Of a DNA stretch of 64,000 bases, positions 8,449-19,298 are shown piece by piece. The first letter of the stretch is position 1; every line of letters begins with the position of its first letter. The DNA is from Candidatus Eiseniibacteriota bacterium (lineage in GTDB: Bacteria > Eisenbacteria > RBG-16-71-46 > SZUA-252). The stretch is from positions 160,001-224,000 of the forward strand of contig OY969801.1 of the NCBI GenBank assembly GCA_963703225.1, given 5' to 3'. The position numbers and the translations under genes were made by a program. The notes under the pieces were generated by a model that saw only the letters and a program-made list of their open reading frames with translations, was not told where the DNA came from and made no database searches.

Positions 8449-10970
8449 TCAGCGGACCGGCTCCGCCTCCATCGGGAGAACTTCGCCAGGGGTCAGGAGG
8501 AGCGGGCGGCCCGGCTGGTCCAGAATCTCCTGGAGCGCGCGTGCCTCGTAGGTGAGCGCCGCCGCAGGCTCCTGGCCGCCGAGTCCGCTTCCGGACGAGA
8601 ACCCGCCGAATCGGGCCCCCGAGGCAACCGCTCCCTGAAGGAACCCGGGAATCTTGAAGAGGCCGGGCTTGGGGTACTCGACGATGTTCACCTTCTGGCC
8701 CGCCGGGATGCCTGCCGCCATCTTCGCGGCGTCGATCGTCTCGTCGAGGGTGGCGACGCGGTCCACCAGCTTGGTCTGAACGCCCGGTCGGCCCAGGTAG
8801 ACACGTCCCTCGCCCAACTCGCGGACGCGCTCGACGGGGAGCCTCCTCGCGGTCGCGACCTTCCGGGTGAAGTCGTCGTAAAGCCCGGCGAATGTCCGCT
8901 CGATCTGCTTCCGTTCCGACGCGTCCAGGTTCCGCTCGGGGATGTTGGCGCCCAGAATCGGCAGGCGGAGGCCGCCGAGCAGATCGGCGCTCTTTCCCAC
9001 CTGGACGTGATCCGATGAGAAGCCGGTTTTCTTCCCGAAGCCCGCGTCCCAGACCCAACCGCCGATGACCCCGATCGAGGCCGTTACCGTGAACGGCGTC
9101 ACCATGATCGAGTCGGCGTCCATGCTGATCCAGTAGCCCCCGCTCGCGGCGACGCGGCCCTGGCTCACGAGGATCGGCTTCTTTGCCTTCTTGAGCGCGC
9201 GGAGCTCGTCCGCGACCAAGTCGGAGGCAAGCGGATCGCCACCGGGCGAATCGGCGCGCATCACCACCGCCTTCACCCGGCGGTTCTCGCGGAGCTTTCG
9301 AATCGCCTTGGAGCTTTCCCGCGCCTTGATTCCTTCATCCATCGCGCACGGGCCAAGCTGGTAGACGAGCGCGATCGTCGGCTTGGCGCCCCATTGTTCG
9401 TTCGGCGTCCACCGCCGGGCCGAGACGGCCGGGTAGGAGAGCGTCGTCGCGCCCCGTCCACCGACCATTCGAACGGCGGCCTTCAAGTCGGACGGGCGGC
9501 CCACCTGGTCGACCCACTTGAGCTCCTGGAGCCGGCTGGCTCCTGAGAACGGCTCGGCATTCACGACCTGGTCGAACCGCGCGCGCGTGGTGCGCCCGGT
9601 GGCGGCTACGCCCGATGCGACCTCTTCATACGCCGCGTCGACCAGCGCCTGGAACTGTTCCCGATCGGCGTCCGACATGTTGTCGCGCGAGAACGTTTCC
9701 ATGGCCGACTTGTACTTGTAATAACGCCACTCGTCGAACCCGAGGCCAAGCTTCTCGAGAAGGCCCTTCATGTACGTGCGGGAGACCTGTACCCCGGGCA
9801 TGATGAGGTAGCCGCGCGGATCCATGACGAGGCGGTCGGCGACGGAGGCCAGGTAGTAGCCCGCCATGTTCAGGTTGTCGGCGTAGATCACCACCTTCTT
9901 ACCACGCTGCTTGAGGGCGATTAGTTTCTCCCGAAGCTCCCACGTCATGGCGATGTTCGCCTGGAGCCCGGATAGGTTCAGAACCACCCCGCCGACCGTC
10001 GGATCGTCGATCGCGAACTGGAGCTTCTCGGTAATGGTCCGGAGGGGGACGGATCCCGTGTCCCAGTACCGGTAGGACTGGTAGGTGACCTGGCCCTTCA
10101 TGTCCATTTCGATGAAGCGCCGGCCGCGGCTTCGGCGCGCGTCGAGGTCGATGCCCCGAACCGGCGGGTTCAGCCGGATGGCGTAGCCCGTGGCGCCGCG
10201 GTTCCCGTTGTCGTCGTAGTGCGGCGTGGCGCGAAATCCGTTTCGCTGCAGCGTGACCCCGAAGGTGAGCTGAAAGCGGTCGTCGTCGTTGTAGCGGATC
10301 GCGGCCAAGAGCCCGGGAATCGGCCGCACCTCGACCCCGCCGGCCATCGGGCCGTCGTCCCAGCCGCTGCCCGCGGCTGATCGAGTAGTCGCCGAAGATC
10401 GTGACCCGCGGATCGCCGAGCGGGCGGATCCCGACGTCGACCACCCCGTCGAGGTCGCCCCCCTGGAAGCGCCGCGCGGCCGACGGTGCCGATCGAGAGC
10501 CAGTGGGACGGCCGCGCGATGTCGCCGAGAGAAATGAAGTTCTCGCGCCCGAACGCCCCCTTGCCAGGCCCGGAGAATCCAAAGGCGAATCCGCCGTAGT
10601 GGTCGCCCGACCCGCTGCCCAGGCCGATCTGGTAGTCGGTCACGTCGCTCGGACCGGTCGAGCCCTGCTCGTCGTGGCGGCGGATGGAAAGGCCGAGCCC
10701 CTGCCCCATGGAGAGGCCCCAGTTGTCCATATGGTTGGGCCGCACGTTCTGGTCCGACCAGAAAAAGGAAAGCTCGGGCTTCTCCAAGACGCCCCACTGG
10801 GCGGGATTGAACATCGCCCCGATCGCGCCGTCGTCGGTCGACGGCGTGGTGGCGAGGATGTCCGCGTCCTGCGTGTAGGGTGGGAGTCCCTCCCACGCGT
10901 ACGAGGGGAACGGGATCGTGGCGAGAAGCAATGCCGCCGATGCGGCCGTCAACGCGCGTCGAAGATTCAT
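8449..10970 (-). CDS. sppA: Signal peptide peptidase SppA (two S49 domains) with N-terminal beta-rich barrel-like domain; two apparent frameshifts (~10470, ~10370)
   Basis: YYLASVAD, YKYKSAMETFSR..MS, RADSPGG, AASGGYWISMDAD, TASIGV, GRVYLG. The signal peptide MNLRRALTAASAALLLA at 10970 is in another frame, and the three frames join into one protein. Confidence 0.85.
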
Positions 10971-11704
10971 GATTCGACCAGGTCCTCTGCCTTTCCGGCG
11001 GCCTTGCCCTCTTTCGGCCGCTCCTTTCGCTTCGCGTAGATCGCGCTCACGCCTAGGAGCACGAGCATCACCGTGATGGAAAGCCATCGAGGAATCTCCC
11101 AACCGATCCAGTGGATCGCGTGGGCGTATTCGATGAGAAGCTTCACGCCCACCCACGCGACGATGACGTAGGCGCCGTCGACGATCGCCGGAAAACGCCG
11201 GACGATGTCGAGCAGCTGCCCGATCAGGAGGCGCATCGCGATGATCCCGAGAACGCCGCCCGTGATGATAACCCACACTTTGCGCGACATCGCGACGGCC
11301 ACGAGAATCGAGTCGATGGCGAAGACGATGTCGGTCAGCTCGACCCGGACGACCGTGCTCCAGAAGGCGGAGAGCGCCAGGATGGTCGCGATCGGCCGGA
11401 CGGCGCCGGGCGACGATTCGTCGGGATGGTGCCAGAAGTGCTTCACGGGAAGATAGAGGAGGTAGGCGGCTCCGACCAGCTTCACCCATTCCCAGTGGAT
11501 GATGTAGGTCGCGAAGAAGGTGGCGATGACCCGAAAGCCCAGCGCCCCCGCGATGCCGTAACGGAGCGCGCGCTTCTGCTGCGCGGGCGGAAGCGGAAGG
11601 ACCAGGACCGCGAGCACCAGGGCGTTGTCGGCGCTCAGGGCCGCCTCGAGCAGCACAAGGAGCCCGATGGTGAGGAGGTCGGTCCATTCGACAGGGAAGG
11701 GCAT
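10967..11704 (-). CDS. TerC-family membrane protein
   Basis: LEAALSADNALVLA, ALRYGI.GA, ELTDIVFAIDSILVAVA, GGVLGIIAMR; ATGA overlap with sppA. Confidence 0.92.
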   Translation of the reverse strand: MPFPVEWTDLLTIGLLVLLEAALSADNALVLAVLVLPLPPAQQKRALRYGIAGALGFRVIATFFATYIIHWEWVKLVGAAYLLYLPVKHFWHHPDESSPGAVRPIATILALSAFWSTVVRVELTDIVFAIDSILVAVAMSRKVWVIITGGVLGIIAMRLLIGQLLDIVRRFPAIVDGAYVIVAWVGVKLLIEYAHAIHWIGWEIPRWLSITVMLVLLGVSAIYAKRKERPKEGKAAGKAEDLVES

Positions 11705-11761
11705 GGAGCGAAGACTTTACCCCAATTCGGGGGGGTGGTTCGGGCGGTTCGAGGCCGGCCG

Positions 11762-13900
11762 CTAGGTCTTGGCGCGGAGGTCGGCGCTCTGGAGCGCAGG
11801 TCGATACATGGTCCCGACGTACTCCTTCATCATGCGCCGAGCCGAGAAGGCGGGGGTGACCGTCTGGATCGCGTGGCGGACCACCTGGAGCCAGCCGTGC
11901 GGGATTCCGTCCGGGTCCCGCTCATAGTAGAGCGGCACGATCGTCTCTTCGAAGAGGCGATAGAGCCCTTCGGCGTCTCGCGCGTCGGCGTCGTCGCGCC
12001 CCCGCGTCGCCGCCAAACGCCCAGCCGTTCTTGCCGTCGAATCGCCTCTCCCCACCATCCGTCGAGAATGCTCGCGCTTGGCACCCCGTTCAGGCGCCGC
12101 CTTCATCCCGCTCGTGCCGGAGGCCTCTTGGGGCGCCCGCGGGTTGTTCAGCCAAAGATCGACGCCCTGGACCAGCCAATGCGCCGCGTGCATGTCGTAG
12201 TCCTCGAGGAACGCGATCCGCCCGGCCGCGGCCGGATCGCGGGCCGCGCGGTAGACCGACTGCAGAATTTCCTTCCCTTGCTCGTCCGCGGGGTGCGCCT
12301 TTCCCGCGAAGATGATCTGGACCGGCCTGCGCGGGTCCGTCAGGATCGCGTGGAGCCTGGAGGGGTCGCGCAGGATGAGCGCGGCGCGCTTGTAGGTGGC
12401 GAATCGCCTGGCGAAGCCGATCGTGAACGCGGCGGGATCGAGGAGTGAGCCGAAGGCGACCGCCTGGCCAGGGTCGACGTGGCTCGATGACCACCGGTGG
12501 CGGACGCGGTCGCGGAGAAAATGGATCAGGGCGTCCTTCAAGTTCCGGCGGATTTCCCAGAACGATTCGTCCGGTATCGCCGCGATGCCATCCCAAAGCG
12601 CGGGGTCGTCGTGGCGCGCCATCCAGTCTTCGGCGAGCTTCGACTTGTAGAGCCGGTCCAATTCCCCCGAAATCCAGGTGGGCACGTGCACGCCGTTCGT
12701 GATCGATCCGATCGGTACCTGGTCTTCGGGTAGGCCGGGCCAGAGATCCCGCCACATCGCTCGCGAAACCTCGCCGTGCCGACGGCTCACCGCGTTCACG
12801 CGCCCGCTCAACCTGATGGCGAGCGCGGTCATGTTGAACGCCGGGCCCCAAGCCGCCGGATGCGTCGCCATGCTGTAGAGCCGCTCGCGGTAGGCGTCGA
12901 CCGCGGCGCCGAAGTCACCCAGCCGCTCGATGTAGGTCTCGACGAGCGGGAACGGGAACGCGTCGTGCCCCGCGGCGACCGGGGTGTGGGTCGTGAATAC
13001 CGTCGATGCGCGCACCTCTTCCACCGCGCGGTCGAACTCAACGCCGGCCGCGACGTGCTCACGAAGGCGCTCGACCATCATCAGGGCCGTGTGCCCCTCG
13101 TTCGCGTGCCATACCGTCGGCTTGATGCCGAGCGCGCGAAGAGCGCGAACGCCTCCGATGCCCAGAATGATTTCTTGCAAGAGGCGGGCGCTCTGATCGC
13201 CGCCGTAGAGCCGGCCGGTCAACTCGCGGTCCCAGGGGGCGTTTCCGTCGAGATCGGAATCGAGCAGGTACAGGACGCTCCTCCCGATCAGGACCTTCCA
13301 AGCGGCGACGTGGAGCATCCGGTCAGGCAGCGTCAGCGCGATCCGGATCGGCGTGCCATCGTGCGCGCGCGCGGGGGCCACCGCGACTCGCTCTCGGTCG
13401 ATCTGCTCGTAGACTTCCTCCTGACGACCTTCCGCGTTCACATGCTGGCGGAAATATCCCTGCGGATACATGAATCCGACCCCGACCAGCGGAATCCCGA
13501 GATCGCTCGCTTCCTTGGTGATGTCACCCGCGAGGACACCGAGGCCGCCGGCGTAGAGCGGGAGCGAGTTGTGGAGGCCGTACTCGGCCGAGAAGAACGC
13601 GAGCTGAAATCGAGAGAGTTTCGGATGGCGCTCCGTCCACCAGTTGTTCCCGCCGAGAACCGCGGCGTCGAATGCCGTGAGTACCGCGGCGTACCGTCGC
13701 AAGGTGTCGGGATCTTCGGCTGCGCGGGTGAGACGCTCGGGAGTGATCTCGTGGAGTAGGCGGACCGGGTTGTGGCGGGTCTCGCGCCAGAGGGTTTCAT
13801 CGAGCCCGCGGAATAGGTCGCGGGCGTCGGAATGCCAGGACCACCAGAGGTTCTGGGCCAGCTCGGGGAGTCGTTCCAGGGTGCGGGGCATCGGTTGCAT
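11762..13900 (-). CDS. glgP: Alpha-glucan (glycogen) phosphorylase; three compensating indels at ~12000-12095
   Basis: NLWWSW, FSAEYGL..SLPLYAGGLGVLAGD, NEGH, FTTHTPV.AGHD, GFARRFATYKR, PLP motif EASGTSGMKAA. LNGVPSASILDGWW and DGKNGWAFG lie in other frames. Confidence 0.92.
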   Translation of the reverse strand: MQPMPRTLERLPELAQNLWWSWHSDARDLFRGLDETLWRETRHNPVRLLHEITPERLTRAAEDPDTLRRYAAVLTAFDAAVLGGNNWWTERHPKLSRFQLAFFSAEYGLHNSLPLYAGGLGVLAGDITKEASDLGIPLVGVGFMYPQGYFRQHVNAEGRQEEVYEQIDRERVAVAPARAHDGTPIRIALTLPDRMLHVAAWKVLIGRSVLYLLDSDLDGNAPWDRELTGRLYGGDQSARLLQEIILGIGGVRALRALGIKPTVWHANEGHTALMMVERLREHVAAGVEFDRAVEEVRASTVFTTHTPVAAGHDAFPFPLVETYIERLGDFGAAVDAYRERLYSMATHPAAWGPAFNMTALAIRLSGRVNAVSRRHGEVSRAMWRDLWPGLPEDQVPIGSITNGVHVPTWISGELDRLYKSKLAEDWMARHDDPALWDGIAAIPDESFWEIRRNLKDALIHFLRDRVRHRWSSSHVDPGQAVAFGSLLDPAAFTIGFARRFATYKRAALILRDPSRLHAILTDPRRPVQIIFAGKAHPADEQGKEILQSVYRAARDPAAAGRIAFLEDYDMHAAHWLVQGVDLWLNNPRAPQEASGTSGMKAAPERGAKREHSRRMVGRGDSTARTAGRLAATRGRDDADARDAEGLYRLFEETIVPLYYERDPDGIPHGWLQVVRHAIQTVTPAFSARRMMKEYVGTMYRPALQSADLRAKT

Positions 13901-13951
13901 GTCGCGAAAGAGTGCCACAGGTTGCCCCCGCAGCGCTAGACTCCCCGGCCC

Positions 13952-15449
13952 ATGACTCGAAGCGCAGGAATTCTCCTTCATCCCACGTCATTGCCCGGTC
14001 CCTACGGCATTGGGGATATCGGACCCGGAGCCGTGCAGTTCCTCGACTGGGCCGCGTCGGCCGGAGTGGGCGTCTGGCAGGTCTTGCCCCTGGGCCCCAC
14101 CGGGCTCGGAAACTCGCCGTACAGCGCACTTTCGGTCTTCGCCGGGAACCCGCTCCTGATCTCCGCGCAGTGGATGCTGGAAGAGGGTTTCCTCGCCGAG
14201 GAGACGCTGGGCGAGGTGCCCGAGATGTCGGACGGGCCCATCGATTTTGAGCGCGCGCGGAAGTGGAAGGAACGGATGCTCCACGCGGGGTGGGAGTACG
14301 TCCGCGCCGGGAACGATCGCGGCCTCGCGTTCGGCGCGTGACGGCGTGCGCGAAATCGTGGAGTCGCCGCGGAACGCGGCGTGGCTGCCCGATTGGACGC
14401 TCTACGCTTCGATCAAGGAGCGGCAGGACGGGGCCGCGTGGACGGAGTGGTACCCGCCCGTCGCGCGTCGCGTCTCGGCAGCGCTTGAAGCCTCCGAGCG
14501 TACGGTTGTCGTCGACCGCGAATTTCAAGCGTTCGTGCAGTGGCTCTTCGCGAGGCAGTGGCGGCGTGTCCATGACGCGGCACGGGAGCGGGGTATCGCG
14601 ATCATGGGCGACGTGCCGATCTACCCCGCGCTCGACTCGGCCGAGGTCTGGGCGCGGCAGGATCTGTTTACGCTTGGGAAAGACGGTCAACCGGAGGAGG
14701 TTGCCGGCGTGCCTCCCGACTACTTCAGCGAGACCGGACAGCTCTGGGGCAACCCGCTCTATCGGTGGGACCGGATGGAAGCGGAGGGATTCGCGTGGTG
14801 GATCGCACGGATGCGCGCCGCGCTCGAGACCTTTGACCGGGTGCGGCTCGATCACTTCCGGGCGTTCGCCGCCTACTGGGCGGTGCCGGCCGAGGCAAGG
14901 ACTGCCGAGGAGGGGCGGTGGATCCAGGGTCCCGGGATGAAGCTCTTTGAGGCCTTGCGCGCCGCCCTGGGCGATTTGCCGATCGTGGCCGAAGATCTTG
15001 GGATTATCGACGAGCCGGTGCGAACACTGCTCCGCGCGACCGGATTCCCTGGCATGCACGTGCTTCAGTTCGGGCTGACCGATCGGACGAGCACGCATCA
15101 TCCAGACCATCACGTCGAGAACTCGGTCGTCTACACGGGCACCCACGACAACGACACGGCGCGCGGGTGGTTCGAGCAGCTCGAGCCCGAGGATCGGGAG
15201 CTCGTGTTGAGCGCGATCGACGGTGACGGGAGCGAGATCGAGTGGGACATGATCCACGCCGCGCTGGAGTCTCCCGCTCGACTCGCGATCATCCCGATGC
15301 AGGACCTGCTCGGCCTCGGAAGTGAAGCCCGCATGAACACGCCCTCCCTAGCCGAAGGGAACTGGGAATGGCGGATGGGCGAGGGCGCGCTCACTCCTGA
15401 GCGTGCGGCGCGGCTTCGGGGAATCGTAGAGTCTTCAAGGAGAGGTTAG
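13952..15449 (+). CDS. malQ: 4-alpha-glucanotransferase (GH77); apparent frameshift ~14335
   Basis: AGILLHPTSLPG, WQVLPLGP..SPY; then GDVPIY, AGVPPDYFSETGQLWGNPLY, RLDHFR, AEDLG, YTGTHDNDT, RMNTPS..GNWEWR. Confidence 0.92.
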
Positions 15450-15510
15450 TTTCCCACTTCGGCGCGGGTCCTTGTGGAGGGCCCTGGCACCCGAAAAGTC
15501 AACGATAGCA

Positions 15511-16587
15511 TCACTCTCGCACCCTCGCCTTCGCCGCCGCCTGCCATGCGTGGAGCACCAGTGCGACCGTGATCACCGCGTAGGCCACGAACACACGGAA
15601 GTACTCGCCGATTTGCGCGTCGCCGGCCAACGCCTTCCCCGCCAGCGGCGAGACCACGAACAGCGTGTGAAACAAGACCGTCCCCAGTAACGCCTGGCCG
15701 ACCGTGGCCCGCGAAACCGTCGCCCCGGACACCAACAAAGCCGCGATCGCGAACATCCCGACCTGCTCGTGCGAGTTGTAGGTGTTGAGCGTCCCGATGT
15801 TCTGCAAGAAGAGCAGTTGCCCCCAAGACGCGAAGACGGTCGAGAGCACCGTCGCGATCACGCGGTTTCGCTCCACGGGGATGCCCGCGATCGCGGCGAC
15901 GTGATCGTCCTGGCCCATGGCGCGGAGCTGCTGTCCGAGGCGGGTGCGCATGAAGAAGAGCGTGAACGCACAGAAGGCGGCGACCACCGCATAGGTGACT
16001 ACCGGGACACGCAGCAACCGCCCCTCGACCGGCAAGTTCACCGCGATCAGATCGTCGATCGCGTACTGGATGGTGGTGAGGTCGACGGTGTTGCGTAGCC
16101 CGTAGCCCTGGGGAAGGACCATGGCGCGATTGTGGAAGGGGATCAGCGAGCCCAGGGCGAACAGAAAGAGGAGCTGGTAGACGCCGTTCGCGAAGAAGCC
16201 GGCGATGAGGCCCGAGACCATTTCCCGCCCCTTCGCCTTGTTGAAGAGAGTCCCGGTCGCGATCCCGAGCAACACCGCGAGGGGTGTCGCGAGGAGCCAC
16301 GCGAGGCCGAACCCGCCGATCCCGCCGACCCCCCAGTGGACCACGAAGATCGCCGCGGCCTGTCCCGCCATGGCGCCGATGACGATCCCAAAGTTGAGCC
16401 CGAGACCCGCGAGGATCGGGATCAGGAGTGCTAAGACCAAGACCGAGTTCCGGCCGACGCGAAGCAGCATCTCGCCCAGCAAAAACGAGGGCGTGAGCTT
16501 GGCGACCCAAATTCCAGAGACGCAGAGAATGGCGAAGAGGATCGGGACGGAATGCCGGAGGAGCCAACGACCGAGGCGGGGGACCAT
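15511..16587 (-). CDS. ABC transporter permease (sugar/CUT2-like)
   Basis: GLGLNFGIVIGA, RTRLGQQLRAMGQD..VA..AGI, multi-TM; operon context. Confidence 0.88.
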   Translation of the reverse strand: MVPRLGRWLLRHSVPILFAILCVSGIWVAKLTPSFLLGEMLLRVGRNSVLVLALLIPILAGLGLNFGIVIGAMAGQAAAIFVVHWGVGGIGGFGLAWLLATPLAVLLGIATGTLFNKAKGREMVSGLIAGFFANGVYQLLFLFALGSLIPFHNRAMVLPQGYGLRNTVDLTTIQYAIDDLIAVNLPVEGRLLRVPVVTYAVVAAFCAFTLFFMRTRLGQQLRAMGQDDHVAAIAGIPVERNRVIATVLSTVFASWGQLLFLQNIGTLNTYNSHEQVGMFAIAALLVSGATVSRATVGQALLGTVLFHTLFVVSPLAGKALAGDAQIGEYFRVFVAYAVITVALVLHAWQAAAKARVRE

Positions 16588-17624
16588 CAGCTCTTACCCA
16601 CCCGCGTCAGCGCGTAGAGGATCATCCCGTTCTGGATGATGAGGCGGGCGGTCTCGCTGATGTCCCCCTCGATCACCTGGCTGGTTACCGGGAGCGCGAT
16701 GGTCAGGATCGACTGGAAGAGGAGCGTTCCGATCACCACGTTTCCGATCGTGGCGCGCGTCACCGTGGCCCCGCCGATCAGGATGCAGGCGATGGCGGGG
16801 AAGGCCATCAGTAGTGGCGCGGTGTAGAGCTGCACGAATCCGAACGACTGGGAGTAGACGACGATCCCGATCGCGCCGAGCACGGTGGAGAGGACGGAGG
16901 CCTGAATCCGCGTCCGCTCGTCGGAGATTCCGGCCGCGAGCGCGAAGCGCGGGTTGGAACGAGCGGCCGCGATGGTGATCCCCATTTGGGTGCGGAAGAA
17001 GAGCCAGACGAGGAAGCAGAGCCCGCCGAACACGAGGAGCGCGCCGGTGGGAATGGTGACGCCGGCGATGTCGAATGTGAGCCAGTGGTCGAGGATCTTG
17101 TCGTAGATCCCCGTCAGCGCGAGCGTGGTCCGGAGCCCCTTCCCGCCGATCGCCCAGACCAACGTCGGGTTCTTGAACGGCGCGAGGAGCCAGTAGATCG
17201 ACATTGCCGAGACGACCGCGAATCCCAGGTAGGTCCCGACCATCATCTCCTGGCCGCGCGTCCGGTTGAGGAGCCAGCCGTAGGCGATTCCGGCCGGCAC
17301 AGCGAGCGCAAGTCCGAGACCGGTCGCGTACAAGAGACCCTCCAGCCCCGTGACGCCCGCGTTCAGAGAGACGACGCAGCCGATGAGTCCGCAGATGATC
17401 CCGAGCGGGAGCCCGAAGTTGAGCCCGAGCCCTCCCTGGATCGCCGGGAGGAGCGCCAAGACCAGGATTCCGTTACGCGCGACGCGGGTGATCGAATCGG
17501 AGATGAGGGACCGGAGGTCCATGTGGGTCGCGAAGGCGACCGCGAAGAGCGCGAACAGGAAGAGCGCGATGAGTAGCCGAGGGATGCCGATTTCCCGGAT
17601 CGCGATGCGAAGGCGCTCGTTCAC
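16587..17624 (-). CDS. ABC transporter permease (sugar/CUT2-like)
   Basis: GLGLNFGLPLG, RTQMGITIAAA..NPRFA..AGI; paralog of its neighbour. Confidence 0.88.
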   Translation of the reverse strand: MNERLRIAIREIGIPRLLIALFLFALFAVAFATHMDLRSLISDSITRVARNGILVLALLPAIQGGLGLNFGLPLGIICGLIGCVVSLNAGVTGLEGLLYATGLGLALAVPAGIAYGWLLNRTRGQEMMVGTYLGFAVVSAMSIYWLLAPFKNPTLVWAIGGKGLRTTLALTGIYDKILDHWLTFDIAGVTIPTGALLVFGGLCFLVWLFFRTQMGITIAAARSNPRFALAAGISDERTRIQASVLSTVLGAIGIVVYSQSFGFVQLYTAPLLMAFPAIACILIGGATVTRATIGNVVIGTLLFQSILTIALPVTSQVIEGDISETARLIIQNGMILYALTRVGKS

Positions 17625-17691
17625 GTCCGCACCGTCATCATGCGCGGCCCCCTCGTGCCTACCGAAGCTGCCGCTGCACCGCGCACCGCCC

Positions 17692-19298
17692 TCACGCCGC
17701 CGCCGATTCGCCGGCCATGGCGAGCCCGAAGGTCGCGTCGGGGGCGTCGGGCGGCAGGATCGTCTCGATCCTCCCGCGGTAGACGATCGCGATCCGGTCG
17801 CAGAGGGAGCGCAGCTCGGCCAGCTCCGATGAGGTCACGACCAGCGTCACGCCCTGGTCGCGGTTCAGCCCGGCCAGAATCTCGAGCACACGCTCCTTGG
17901 CGCCGACGTCGATTCCGCGCGTCGGCTCGGAGACGAAGAGGAGCTTGGGCTCCAGCGTCATCGCGCGCGCCAGGCAGACTTTCTGCTGATTCCCGCCGAG
18001 AGGCGTCGTACTTGTTGCGTCGGCCCGGTGGTGCGCACGTCGAGCCGCCCAATCATTTCCAGCGCGTGGCGCCGGAGCGACTTCTGGTCGAGCAGCCGCA
18101 GCGCCGAAATGGGGAACGGTCTCAGGAACCGACCCTGCGCCTCCAACGCGGAGAGCGCGATGTTCAGCTCGACGCTCTCCTCGCCCAGGAGCCCGACGCC
18201 GCGGCGGTCCTCCGATACGAACGCGAGGCCGCGCTCGAGAGCCCTCCGCGGCTCGTTCAGCGCGAAGGGCTCGCCGTGGAGAAGCACCTGCCCGGAAGCG
18301 CGGTAAAGCCCCATGATCCCGTTGGCGATCCCGATCTTGCCCTGGCCCGCGAGCCCGCCGATTCCCAGAATCTCGCCCCGCTTCACGGTGATCGAGACGT
18401 CCCGCACCGGCTCGCCGGGCATGTCGACGCTCAAGTTCTCGATCGTGAGGGCCGCCTCGCCCGCAGGGTCGAAGGCCCGCTTCCGGGCGGCCGCCGCCGC
18501 GGGGCGCCCGACCATCAGCTCGGCGACGCGCGCGACCGACGTCGTCTTGGGGTCGAGCTGCCCCACGATCTCGCCGTCCCGGAGCACCGTGACCCGGTCG
18601 GCCACGGCCAGGACTTCGTCGAGCCGGTGGGTGATGAAGAGCACCGCCACCCCACGCGCCGCGAAGGCGCGCATGGCTTCGAGCAGCCGGTCGGCCTCGG
18701 TCTCGGTCAGGACCGCGGTCGGCTCGTCGAAGATCAGGAGCTTGAGCTGCTCCTTGTCCACCTCGCGCGCGATCTCGACGAACTGCATGTGGCCCACGGG
18801 GAGTCCGGCGACGGGCAGCCACTCGTCGATTCCCAGCCCCACGCGGTCGAGCGCCTTGCGCGCGTCCTGCCGCATCCGGCCGACGTCGATCGAGTCGAGG
18901 CCGCGTCCAAAAATCGGGGAGAGCAGCGTGGGGCGGGCGGGCTCGCGGTTCAGCTTGATGTTCTCGGCCACGCGAAACCCGGGGAGGAGCATGAACTCCT
19001 GGTGGACCATTCCGATCCCGGCGTTCATGGCCTGGGCCGGGCTCTTGAAATGGACCGCCTCGCCGCCGAGGACAACCTCTCCGTCGTAGCCGCCGGTCTC
19101 GTGGATGACCGGCATCCCGAACAGGATGTTCATGAGGGTCGACTTGCCGGCGCCGTTCTCGCCGACCAGGGCGTGGATCTCCCCGGGGGCGACCGAAAGG
19201 GAGACGCCCTTCAGAACTCGATTGCCCTCGAACTCCTTGGAGACGTCGCGGAGCTCGAGGGCAGGAGCAGGGCTTCTAGTAGTAGATGTTGCTGACAA
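17692..19298 (-). CDS. Double-domain sugar ABC ATPase; apparent frameshift ~17997
   Basis: GENGAGKSTLM, GIGMVHQE, FDEPTA, FITHRLDEV, SEDRR; LSGGNQQKV..EPTRGIDVGAK continues in the next frame. Confidence 0.9.
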
